NCBI RefSeq assembly: GCF_006345805.1
Contig: NC_043004.1
Coordinates: 87,854,001-87,918,000, forward strand
DNA: 64,000 nucleotides
DNA from: Octopus sinensis
Taxonomy: Eukaryota
Direction: 5' to 3'
Shown here one piece after another: positions 26,601 to 40,312 of the stretch. Position 1 is the first letter of the stretch. Each line of letters begins with the position of its first letter. A program made the translations under genes and the position numbers. The notes beneath the pieces are model-generated. The model searched no databases. It had not been told where the DNA came from and saw only the letters and a program-made list of their open reading frames with translations.

Positions 26601-29600
26601 ACTGAAAAATTTGGGGTACAAGTTAAACCTGAGGCAAAGCTACAAGTATGAAGGGAAAAAAAATTGTACCAAGATTTAACACTAAATTATGGGTACAATT
26701 AAATACTGTATTTTGATTATCAATAAAATTTCTAAATTAGTTTTCTTAAGTATTTCTCCTTTCTCCTTTGTAGAATCCTAAAAAGGCCAGAATTACCCGT
26801 AAGTTTGTGGTAGTTGAAGCTATCTATGTAAACCATGGTGATATTTGTCCGCTCCCTAAAATCATTGAGCTCAAGTATAAATACAAAGTTCGAGTATTCC
26901 TTGAAGAGAGTTTAAGTATTGGAGTTCTTGGCAGGACTGGTCGAGGTTTATCTGAATATTATGATGTATCAGTAAGTTGATAGTTTTTTTTTTCTCTTAA
27001 TTTCTATACTACCAAATTTCTTTTCCTCTCCTGCAATATCACCATCATCATTGTTGTTTTAATGTCCACTTTCTCTTGCTGGCATGCCTTGGATGGCATT
27101 TGTTGAGGCAGGTTTTCTATGGCTGGATGCCTTTCCTATCACCAAGCCTCACTTGTTTCCAAGTAAGGTGATATTTCTCCCCATGTGGACATATTTTCAT
27201 GGAAGGTTGGAAATGAAGGACTCTGCTTCTATGACAGTGATGCTTATTTACAACTGTCATATAATGCAATGTCAAAGAGACATGTACACTGGCACATACC
27301 TATCTGCATCATCATTTAACATCCTTGTTTCATGCTGGCATTGGTTGGATGGTTTGATAGGATTTGATGGGTTCCAGGATGGCATCATACTTTCTGTGTA
27401 TTTAGGCATGGTTTCTATGATTGGATGCCCTTCCAAATGCCAACCACTTTACAGTGTGTATTGGGTATACAATGGGCTCCTTTCAGTTTATGCCTACCAA
27501 AATCACTCATAAGGCTTTGGTCGGCCAGGGCTCTTTAGTAGAAGATAATCATCTGAGGTGCCATGCAGTTTGACTGACCCCGAAACCATGTGGTTAGGAA
27601 GTACATTTAACCATACAGATACACCTGTACCTATGTAATAGTTAATTATTCGTGACTTCTAACCATAATCTTAACTTAGAAGAACCTTCTTGTGTCTTTT
27701 CAGCAGTTTTTTTAGTAACTGGTCATACTTCTCGTCAACTATTATTTAGATTTTGAGTTTATTTTTAGTACAATATTATTAGAACTGTTGTTTTGTACTA
27801 TTATTTACAATGATTTAATTAGCTGATATATTGCCTGTCTTTAGGTCATTAGCTATTTCTTTCCTGAGATGAGTCTATTACTTTCATCATCATCATCATT
27901 TAGCATCTGTTTTCCATGCTGGCATGGCTTAGATGATTCAGCTGGAACTGGTAAGCTGGTGAGCTGTATGAGGCTCCAGTCTGTTTTGGCTAGGTTTCTA
28001 TGGCTGAATGCCCTTCCTAATGCCAACCACACCTCAGAGTGTACTGGGCATCATTTACATGTCACCGGCATGGGTGCCTTTTTCGCATCCCCAGCACTGG
28101 CCATGACTACGATTTCATTTAGCTTGACATCTCCAAAGATCTTGATCACTTATCACCACCTCTGTGAGTCTCAACATCCGAAGATCATGCTTCACCACCT
28201 CATCCCATGCCTTCCAGGATCTACCTCTTCCACAGGTTCCCACCACAGTTAGAGATGACATTTCTTCACTTAGCTATCCTCCTAGTTACATTTTTAAAAG
28301 TAATGTGAAGTTACTGATGATATTTGTCTTGTAAAAAGCACCTATGCTGGTGCCATATAAAAAGCACCCAGTATACTCTGTAAAGTGGTTGGCATTAGGA
28401 AGGGCATCTAGCTGTAGAAACCATACCAGAGCAGACAGTGGAGCCTGGTACAGATGGCCAGCTCTGGTAAAATCATTCAACCCATGCCAGCTTGGAAGAT
28501 GGATGTTGAGTAATAATGAAAATGATGGGCTTATATAATATTATATAATAACGAAGATGTTGGATCTAAAGTATAACTAGCTATAGATTAACTAAGTGTT
28601 AACAAAATATGAAATCGAGGAAGGTTCATAGTCTCAAACAACCCATAAAATACAAAACAGAAAATGAGTAGCATTGGCACTAATTACTTTTTGAGACAGT
28701 ATATTAATCTTAGATAATTTAACCTCATTATCATTTCATTTGGGGCATATTTTTCTATCTCTGTATGACTAAGACTAGTTTGCCCAGTTTCTTATAGAAA
28801 TCTTCACTAATCCTTGTGTAATTGGAGTATAGTAGTTTTTATATCTTTGTCAACATTTTTATGTCAACTACTGTAATAGGGCAGCAAGCTGGCAGAATCG
28901 TTAGCACGTCGGGCAAAATACTTAATGGTATTTCATCTGCCGATACGTTCTGAGTTCAAATTCTGCCTAGGTCGACTTTGCCTTTCATCCTTTCAGGGTC
29001 GATTAAATAAGTACCAGTTATGCACTGGGGTTGATATAATCAACTTAATCTCTTTGTCTGTCCTTGTTTGTCCCCTCCATGTTTAGCCCCCTGTGGGCAA
29101 TGAAGATATAAATATTTGTTGCTGATATGTTCCTCTTCCTCTCTTCTTTCTTCTTTAAGAATTTCCCATCCAGTTATGATTTGAACTGCCATGCCATGTT
29201 CCTTGCTCTGATTAATGTAACATTAATAATTGGTTTTAAACACATGAATTTTGGGTCTTTGTTTTAGTATTTGAATAATTTAGTAACCATCTTTCTCTTG
29301 TAAAAGGAGCTGTTTGCTTTTAATTCTTGGCATTTCTAATAATCCAAACTCATTTATGACCTTTAGGAATAATTTATTTCAACAAATCAGATTATTCATA
29401 TTTCTGATTAACTAACTAGTGGCGTGACATTTTAACTTTATTCCTTTAATAGAAATAAATCTTACGTAATCATCATCATTGTTTTAACATCCAATTTTCC
29501 GTGCTTGCATGGGTTAGATGGAATTTATTTTCCTGTAGCCAACCCTTGTTTCTGAGCAAAATATATTTCCCCATGACCAGACATGTTTTTGCTGAATATT

Positions 29601-32600
29601 GGAAATATATGACATTCATTTACAACTATCACATGATGACAAGACAAGGAGGCACAAACATTCCCACACACAGATATATAAATATCTGTAAATACAGTTA
29701 CCCAGGGTTTCTTGATCAAAATAATTTATTCTGGCATTTATCAAGCTGAAATAAGACCATTTGTCAGTTGCCTTTTGAGCTATATTTATAAGATTTGTGG
29801 TATTTTATAAGATTATTTTTACTCTCTTAGCTGATCAAATGCTTTTTCTACTTGTTGAAGCATTACCACATTTTATATATATATATATATATCGTCGTTT
29901 AACGTCCGTTCTCCATGCTAGCATGGGTTGGAATATATGTTGTTTGTTCCTTCTCAAGCCATGCCTGGCTCATAGGTCCGTTTTTCCAGTTTCCTTGGCA
30001 TATAGTATTCCCACCTGGACGGGACGCTGGTCCGTCGCAGGTGAGCTGCAAGAGGAAAGAGTCAGAGAAAGTTGTGGTGAAAGAGTCAGCAGAAGTTTGC
30101 CATTACCTTCTGCCGGAGCTGCGTGGAACTTAGGTGTTTCACTCATAAACACACACACATTGCCCAGTTTGAGATTCGAACCTGCGATCCCTTGACTGTG
30201 AGCCCGCTGTTCTAACCACTAGGCCATGTGCCTCCACACACACATATATATATATGAATGAAAAATGCATTAAATACTACAAAATGTACACATGGGACAG
30301 ACACAGAAGGACCGTAACTCTTCATCAGTTATCAGCTGTAAAATACTAATACTCAGTTTCATGCCTTATACATACATACATATATACACATACACACACA
30401 TACATGGCAGGATTATTTTAGTTTCCTGCTTCCACTTCCACTCATAAAGCTTTGGTCAACTTTTTCCTATAATAGAAGACACTTGCCCAAGGTGCTATGC
30501 AGTGGTGGGACCGAAGTCAGAATTGTGTGGTTTGAAGCAAACCTCTTAACCACACTGCATCACCTGCACCATCAATCTATCTATATTCCTCATTTTAATA
30601 TCTTTACCTTGAGCAAATTTTTAACTTGTTAATATGGATGTTAAATTTTTGAAATTATTTATTTGTAGATAGATGATATTGACTTCTTGGTTGCTACCTT
30701 GGAAAATTCTTTTGCCAGTGCTGGTGGGTTTTGTGCAGGTAAAAAGTACATAGTTGATCATCAGGTAAGAGATCTAGTTATTGTTCATCTAATTTTATAC
30801 CATATAAGATGTGTGTAATTGTATGGAAGAGATGAACGCAAGAGAATTCCTTATGACTTTTGTTGTTGGGATGAGGAATAAAAAGTGTTTAGGATGAAGA
30901 ATTTAAAAGGAAAATCAGAATTTGATTGAATGAAAGTTAAGTTTTACTCTTTTTTTTTCCAAGTGAGACAATATATGTTTAAAAACTGCTTGAAGATGTT
31001 ATTTGGGTTTGTTAAGAAGACAACTTGGAGCCTTGGATTGAAACTTATTTTTCCCATATGTTGTTCATATATCACTGATTCATTTAACAATTTTCTTTTT
31101 AAACTAAACACCCGCGATAAATGAGGATAGATGTATATCATTTTTTTTAAGCACTGGGAGCACTGAGGGTTCTCTACAACATAAAATGATCTTGGGGAGA
31201 TAATTTAACCTGCATTCAAGACATGTAAATAAGAGTTATCCTTCCTTGATCCATAATTGTTTCAACAACAAAAATGTTCACCAAATACATTAGAAAATAA
31301 AACGAAAATATGAGTACACACACATACTCACACTCACATTGTAAACAATAAATAAATTGTTCATCAGATATGTTAGAAAATGAACAAAATATATGTGCAT
31401 ACACACTCACATGCGCACATTTATTTGTGCATACATGCATACCTATATTTTTTTTTCTTTTCATCTAGCGTTTGAATGGCTATGGTTACTGTTTCTCTGC
31501 TTCCCAACCACCTTTATGTGTATCAGCTGCCTGTAGAGCCTTAGATATGATTGAGCAAGACAACTGTAAGTAGATATTTTATTCTAAGTTTGATAATTAC
31601 GAAAGCTGGTTTCTCTGCCTGTCCTTACCTATGGTCGTTAACGTTAGCTAATGGCTGAAAGAATACAATCACAAATACAAACAGTCAAAATTAGGTTCCT
31701 CCAAAGGATCTCTGGAATAATGTTATTTAGCAGGGTGCATAGCCCAAAGGTCAAAGAAATTTCTCTAGGTTGAGTCACAACTTCTCTGCTTTGATAGGTC
31801 ACAGCTCTGGCACTGTGGATATGTGGTTAGAATGTATCAGGAAAGAATCACAAGACAGATTCTTCAAGACAAGCCAACTGGCAGGTGACCAAGGATTAGA
31901 CCAAAAACGAGGTGGTTAGATAATGCCCATAGTCTCAGTTGGTTATGCTTGAAAATTCAGCTGGAAAGTGTCGTGAGGGTTGCTTCAGAAAGGACCCTAT
32001 GGAGGAGGTACCAGAGGACTCTACTTTCATGACCCCCCTTCCCACCATCCTTCCACCGGAAATAGTTGGTGTAGAAGAGAATTAGATGGATGGATAATTA
32101 GTGATACTAATGAGGATTTTTTTTTTTAGAAGTTGCAAAAAATCATAGCGAAGATTGATAAGTAAGGTGGTTGCCTGAGAATTGTGTTAAAAATTATTGT
32201 TTTATTTAAGTGAAAAAGTTTTTCAGATTCTGCAGGGTGCAGACATGGCTGTCTGGTTAAGAAGCTCACTTTGCAACCACATGGTTTTAGGTTCAGTCTC
32301 ACTGCATGGCACCTTTCTCAAATGTCTTCTGGTATAGTCTCAGGCTGATCAATGTCTTGTGAGAGAATTTGATAAATGGAAACTGTGTGGAAGCTTACTG
32401 TCTGTGTGTATGTTTGTGTTTGCATGTACCTGTGTGTCTTTGTGTTTCTTTTCTTCCTCCCACCTCGTGATGACAGCCAGTGTTGGTTTGTTTATGTCCT
32501 CGTAACTTAGTGGTTTAACAAAAAAGAACAAAGTAAGTACTTGAGCTAATTTGTTTGACTAAGACCCCTCAAGGTGGTGTCCCAATATGGTTGCAACCCA

Positions 32601-34517
32601 ATGACTGAAACAAGTAAAAAATAAAAGACAGTAACTTCTTTTCCTTCTTTTTGTAAGATAAGTACTAGGCCATGCATTTGCAGAACATGTGTGGCTCATT
32701 ATATTGACCCCCCCCCCCCCCCGGTACTTGATTTGTACTCTATTGATCTGAGAAGGAAGAAGCGCAAACATAATGTCGATAGATTTTTAATCCAGATGTA
32801 AATAACTTAACAAAATTTCGTTTGCAAAGTATTTGTTTACTTTTGTATTGATTTCACTTTAATAATAAACACAATAAACACAATTTCTCTGGATAGTGTC
32901 ATGGTCTTCTTTTGTTGGATACTCTTAGCTTTTGTCACTATTAATCATGTTTCAGTAAGCCTGCTGGCTTTTTGTGACACTAGTGCCTGAAAAGACACTG
33001 AAATCCTATATATTGTTGATAGTGATATTCAGCTGTTATGCTCTTATGCCACTACTGGGCGTTCACCACTGAGAAGACTGGGCAAGTTGAAATCACGTGA
33101 TCTGGCAGTTCTGGCATTTGGAGCAGACAATTCTCATCTGCCAACAATGTAAATACGAATGCCTTTATATACCATGCATTCATATGAGACATCCTCTCAA
33201 GGTAAATAATGTAGTATTTGGTGTTCTAACAAAGCATTCACGTTAAGTTGACCATAGAGCATTTTCATATTAATACTGCTTTTGTTACTATTAATAACAC
33301 TTTTTTGTTTTTATCAAGAGTTAATATCCATTTTGGTATTTTAAAATTTCAGCAATTATTGAACAATGTCAAAGAGCCTGCAAATTAACAAGTAAAATGC
33401 TGAGAGAGTAAGTAGATTATCATATATTTATATTTAATATAATGTATGTTATACTTAATATAATATACGTTATATTTAATATAATGTACATTATACTTAA
33501 TATAATATGCAGTATACTTAATATAGTATACATTATACTTAATCTCTATATATAAAGCTGAAGTTGTCTGTGTGTGTGTGGCAGGTTTGGTAGCCTTCAA
33601 CTAACACTATCTCCTCTGAGACCCTGCGGTGCAAGTTGATCAAAATTTAGAGTATGATAGAAGAAGGCTTGCTCTTCATTCCGTAGAAGAAAAACTTCAA
33701 ATCAAACCATGTTAGAACCAAAAATTATTTACATCAAAATGGTGTTTTTTTTCTATGAAAATCCCTATTTTTTACGATTTTTTGACTGCTGTGTCGCCAT
33801 TTCTCTGTGTATTTCAACCAGAAAAATGTTCATTTAAAGAGAATAACAAGCTACATAATGCAAAATTTTTACCTTTTCAAAAATTCCAATTCTAAAGGGT
33901 TGAAAAGAATTTTATTGTGATGTCATTGGTTTTGAGCATCGTTCTCAGCAGCTCTTGCAGCTATAGCTTATAACATTTTTTGTTTTTTTTTGTAACCTCA
34001 AACTGTTCTTACTAACGTTTTGGATTTTCCTGTACTTTTTCTTAATGAAAACTGTTGCAGTGTTAACTTTTTAATAGATTTTCAGTGCGGTTTGAAACTT
34101 GAGCTTCAGTTTGCTTTAAATCTATGGGTAATTTTTTTCTCCATAATGTTAATAGAAGGAATATTAACCAACAATACCAACAATTGAAGTCGGCATTACA
34201 CATTTGCAGCACATTCAGAGCAAACTCGAGCATCGCCACACTACACTTTTATTCATAGATTGAAACTATGTCAAAACTTTGTTAACGCGACATCAAAGTC
34301 TGCCGTTTTAAGCACAACTAAAAAACAAACCTGAGCAACGCCGGGCTATACTGCTAGTATATATATTTATGATCTGAGATTAGTATAAGATATGTCTTAT
34401 ACTAATGGTGTCAAAGGAGTGAGTGTCATCATTACACATGATGTCTCCTAGCAGCTTATTGTAGACCTGGTGGATCTCATCCCCCTCTATGTCTGATGAT
34501 GACCAATTTCTTCTAGA

Positions 34518-34551
<34 letters not shown>

Positions 34552-35977
34552 GTAAAGGATGAAGAAAGAGAGAGAATTGACTTGTAGTATAAGACTGGTA
34601 TTTTACTGACCTTGAAAGGTCAGTACTTATTGACCACAACGCACAACATCACAATACATTATCACAGACACATGTTTCTGCCAACACAACACCAACTGAT
34701 ATATATATATATATATATACTTTTTTGTATATGTTAACAATACATTATCACTGACACATGTTTCTGCCAACACAACACCAACTTATATATATAAGGCGGC
34801 GAGCTGTCAGAAACGTTAGCACACTGGGCGAAATGCTTAGCCGTATTGCGTCTGTCGTTGCGTTCTGAGTTCAAATTCCGCCGAGGTTGACTTTGCCTTT
34901 CATCCTTTCGGGGTCGGTAAATTAAGTACCAGTTACGCATTGGGGTTGATGTAATCAACTTAATCCGTTTGTCTGTCCTTGTTTGTTCCCTCTATGTTTA
35001 GCCCCTTGTGGGCAGTAAAGAAACATATATATATACTTTTCTGTATATGTTAACAATACATTATCACTGACACATGTTTCTGCCAACACAACACCAACTG
35101 ATATATATATATATATATATATACTTTTCTGTATATGTTAACATGCTTTTAAAGTTTGCTTTTGTTAATGTACATTTTTGAAATTGGTAATAAGAACCAA
35201 GGTTGGTTATGCTTGTATCACTAGATATCCATTTGCTTTTTTATTCAAATGCTTTCTAAATCTCATTTTTCTTTTTCTTCTTACTTTCTCAGTATTGATG
35301 GTCTTGACCTACATGGAGCTGAAGAATCTCCTGTAAAGCACCTCCGGCTAACAGAACCTAGCGATGATAATGACATTGACAATAGAACCCTGCAGAGGAT
35401 TGCAGACATTGTAAGTCACCTGTAAATCAAAGTTCATTAAAACACACTGCTACATGTATATATATATTTATATATATACAAGCAAAACGTCCCCCCCCCC
35501 GCCCATCCAATGGACGGTGCTGAGTTGTCAAATATTTAAACCGAATTTTCTCAAAACAACTTGTCCGACTGTCCCATAGGCCTCCCCTTTGAGAAACACT
35601 GATTTAACCTGAATTAAGGCAAAAAAAAAAACTTCTTGAGAAACCAAATAGTCTTTCCTTCCTTCATGCCAAGTTTGAAGAAAATATCTCTTTTGCATCT
35701 TACTTTTTGGGTCTCTTAAATATACTGCATTTTGTGGCATTATTTCAAGCCAGCTGGCTTTTTTGCGCAAACTGCACATGCATTTTTCTCGCTTGTGCTT
35801 AGTATTGATTGCAACAGCTGATGTACTTGCGTGTACAAATGCACATTCCCACAGTTTTAGCGATCGCATTCTCACCTCGAATCGATTTTTTTCAAGACTT
35901 ATACACGCCCTGATACCGTCAGTATCTACATATCAAATTTTAGTGCAATCGGATGGAGGATGCCCGAGATCCTAGAA

Positions 35978-36013
<36 letters not shown>

Positions 36014-36667
36014 GAATGGATTTTATATAATATATATATATATATGAAGGAACACAGAAAACATAATAATTGGTATTATTATCATCATCTGCCCAAGTTG
36101 TGATAATCTGTTTTGTTATGGTTTCTACAACTGGATGCCCTTCCTAATACCTGTACATGTTTCATAAGACTTGCAAAACACCTATAATATGAGAATAAAA
36201 CTCTGTTACATGAACAAATACTGCCGGTCCCTTTCGTTGGCATTTGTTCATGTAACTGAGTTTTATGCTGATGTAGTGAATATTTTCACATTTTATGTTT
36301 TCCTTTATTTTTGTGTAAGGTACGTGGACTCTAGGAGTGTGGAACTGATCTACTGTGTCCTTTTCTTTTGGTAACATGTTGCACCTATCAACACACATTT
36401 TGAATTGTGTGTGTGTTTATATATGTATATATTCAAAATTCAGATAAGTTATCATTATCTTTAAAAAACATGATAAAGTGGCCAGTAACAATCCAAATAG
36501 GCAAAATATATATTAAAAGTCAGGATACTATATTTACCTGTTTGCTTGAAAGAAGAGTTAAAATTCTCCAAAATCATGCATCTCTCTCTATATGTAAACA
36601 TATATGGAAAATGATGCAAATATACTTAGAAAAACAGTTGTCCCCATTTGTAAAACTACAAAGTGGA

Positions 36668-36719
<52 letters not shown>

Positions 36720-39700
36720 TATTGGCTTCCGTGTCGGTGGCACGTAAAAAGCACCATCCGAATTGTGGCCGAAGCCAGTGCCGCCTCGACTGGCTTCCGT
36801 GCAGGTGGCACGTAAAATGCACCAATCCAACCGTGGCCGATGCCAGCCTCACCTGGCACCAGTGCAGGTGGCACGTAAAAAGCACCCACTACACTCACGG
36901 AGTGGTTGGTGTTCGGAAGGGCATCCAGCTGTAGAAACATTGCCAGATAAGACTGGAGCCTGGTGCAGCCTTCTGGCTTCCCAGATCCCCGGTCGAACCG
37001 TCCAACCCATGCTAGCATGGAGAACGGACGTTAAATGATGATGATACTGTGTGTATGTAAAACAGACACAGTTTTTTGTTAAGTTGAATTCTAAATTTAA
37101 AATTTGTGTATTTTTATTAATTTCCTGTTGAAGTGTGCCATGGTTTTTGTTAATTGCTCTCTTCATTAAAATTATCAATTGTCCTGTTAATGATTGTGCA
37201 GTAACTAGGGCTATTCAAGAAGTTACTATAAAATACTCTCAGTTGAATAGTCACGGTTTGAATGTCTTAAGATATTCAAACTGTGACTATACTGTCTTTT
37301 TCCCAGATAGTATACTTGGGATCACATCTTCCAGTGTGTCTTGTTTTTAAAAATTTCTTTAGACATTAGGGTGTGATTTGAGTTAATGCTACACATACTG
37401 CTACTTAGAGGGTCTGTTGTTGACTGTCGTTGCAGTGAAAATCTATATTACTTATAAAAAGCAAAGTTTGTTTGTTTGTTTGTATGTTGACTGCTGAAAA
37501 CACAAATTAAAATAGAGAATATTTCAGGTTTTTCATGTCATTTCAATTCATTTGATCATGCCACAGATAACTGTGCACTTATTTTCCAAAAACGGAAGGG
37601 GGTTCGGGTGTGAGTCCGTGGTGTATTTGGCTCCTATTTCTAGGAATCTATGTACTCTCTATTTCAGACATGCTTTTTACAGAGTGAAAAAATACTCCAC
37701 CTATCACTCAATCCATCTCCAACTTACTCTAAGTTTATACATTACATTTATTCCTTTGAAGTCACCTGGGACCTCTGTGTCCCTCTATATGTTTCTGTCT
37801 CTTTCACTATCTCCCTGCCCTCTCTCTCTCTCTCTCTCTCTGATTGTATATGTGTCTGTATCTCACTACCTCTACCTCTTTTTCTCTCTAGAGAGAAAAA
37901 TGCATGAGACTGATCGAGAGTTGGAGAGTAAAAGCAAGTGAGACAGTGGGGGGTTAACATTTATTTATTTATAATATCTAAATTGTGCTACCAATACTAC
38001 CACCACAACCCCCTAATACCTATTAATCTGTACTGCAACCACTACTACCAACATAACCACAAATTACTGCGATGATCCATGCTTCTCAGAAACCTTGATC
38101 AGCCAACATTGTGCAATGGTACTCATGGTTGTGACTGAACTACAGCCTCACATTATTGAAGCAAAAATCCTCACTGGATGTGGTATGGGAGACATCGTAT
38201 TTATACCTACAATACTGCGAATACTAACAAATGTCCCCTTGTTTCAAATGATTGCAATTCCCAGTGAGAGTCAGTTATGCAATGGTCATTAACAAGTCCC
38301 AAGGTTATCAGTCTCCATCTAGAAAAGGACCATTTCTCACATGGTCAATTGTATATAGGTTGTTCCAGAGTAGGAAGCTGACAGAAACTTTTCATAGATG
38401 CTCCAAAGAAATAAGATAAAAACATTGTATATACTAAATGTTTTATAATTTTTATCATCATCATTTAATGTCCAATTTCTATGCTGGCATGGGTTGGATG
38501 GTTTGACTGAGGACTGGAAAAAAACCCCAGGAGGCTGCACCAGGCCCCAATCTGATTACTTTCTGTACTTAGATATTGTAAATTATTTAAAAAAATTATG
38601 GCCGTGGCCTTCGGGTTAAAACATTTTTAAGGATTTAAGGAATATTTAAATACCTTTTAACAACTTTTATTGTAAGGAAAATGGGCATTATGATAGATGC
38701 CAATATGTGCCTTTTGAGTACGATCAACACTTTACAAACTGAGCCAAAGGCCGGGAGGCCTGCTAGTAAATTATAAATCATTTCCTGGTTTGTTCATCCC
38801 AATCATTGTTTTCGATCCCTTTTTTCTTTGTCTGCATGGTTTGGACTACTACATCTCATCACTTGTTGCAATGCAGTCCTCAGTTATACATAACACCGAT
38901 GAAAACCTAGCAGTCTTTGTTTTTTTTCTGGGCAATTTTATTGAAATGTTTTGATGACCTGTTATCAGTTTCTTTCTGGCATGGACTCACTACTTTTAAC
39001 ACTTTTAGCACTTAAAGTGGCCAGATCCAGCCCCTCACATCAACCTTACAATATCATTCTAAAGATAAACTATCACATCATCGAAACCTCAAAGCAACAA
39101 AGATAATGCGTGATCAATTCAAAACAATGTGATTAAATAAGCATTGCCTTTCAAGGAATAATCAGAATACTAAAGGGTTAATTGTGCCACAGTGGTTGTT
39201 TGCCAGAACTAAAGAGCTTTCCCTATGTTAGTGAATTAACTCATTTTCTGTTGAAGATTTGTCTGTATTAAGAAGCAATGTTTTGATATACAAACAATTC
39301 TATTTCAGGCCATAAAGGAAGGTGTTGCATTGACTGTCACTAACTATTTAGCAGATGAATACTGGATGCCAAAACCAAGGTAAAAAGAAATTTATCATAT
39401 GTGAAGTCAGTAGTATTCTCTATTCAGTAATATATACAGGGATTCCCCGACTTATGCGAAATTCGACTTGCGCGAGCCAACTTTTGATACCGAGTGTTCA
39501 GGTTGCGCGAGTTGTATTCTCGACTTGCGCTTGTTGTAAAAATATTTATTATCCATGGTTGCATTGCCTTGTCTGTTATCTTTCTCCAAATGTTTCTTTA
39601 ATATAACAATATTTAGCAGTTATCCCGGAAAATATTTATAGAAAAAGTCTGGTACTCGACTTGCGCGAATTTCAAATTACGCATCCCCCAATTACTTGCG

Positions 39701-40271
39701 CAAGTCGAGGAATCCCTGTATTTCAAACTTGAAAGAAGAGGTAGCTAATATTTTTTATGTGGTTTTTTTTTTCATTTACGAATTATGCAACATATTAAGA
39801 GTTTAACATTAACCATCTCTAGTGTTAGGATCTTTTTCTTTAGTGTTGGAACCTCATTTCTTCTCTTAGATACATTTTAAAAGGCAGGTATAAATATATT
39901 CAAATGTTTTGGTAAAGACACTAATAATATATGTGCAAGTGTGACTGTGTGGTAAGAAGCTTGCTTCCCAACTACATGGTTCCAGGTTCATTCTCACTGT
40001 ATGGCACCTTGGACAAGTGTTTCCTACTATAGCCTTGGGCCAACCAAAACCTTGTGAGTAGATTTGGTAGATAGAAACTGAAAGAAGCCCATCGTATATA
40101 TATATCATCATCATTGAAGTTTAATGTCTGCTTTCCATGCTGGCATGGATTGGACAGTTTGACTGAGGGCTGGCAAGCCAGAAGGCTGCACCAGGCTCCA
40201 ATTCAATCTGGCAATGTTTCTACAACTGGATGCCCTTCCTAACACCAACCACTCCGAGAGTGTAGTGAGTG

Positions 40272-40312
<41 letters not shown>

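Noticed and set aside
30300-30370. Complete hammerhead at tcatcag 30322 (minus CTGATGA)
   Set aside because: GAAA-C-TGA-G-TA lies upstream of CTGATGA but stem II cannot be closed; only a remnant, used as weak support for the family pattern.
30669-30764. Assignment as SPTLC2/3 or another AOS-family enzyme
   Set aside because: No PLP-binding Lys (TLENSF), and the N-terminal TM region and exon pattern fit SPTLC1.
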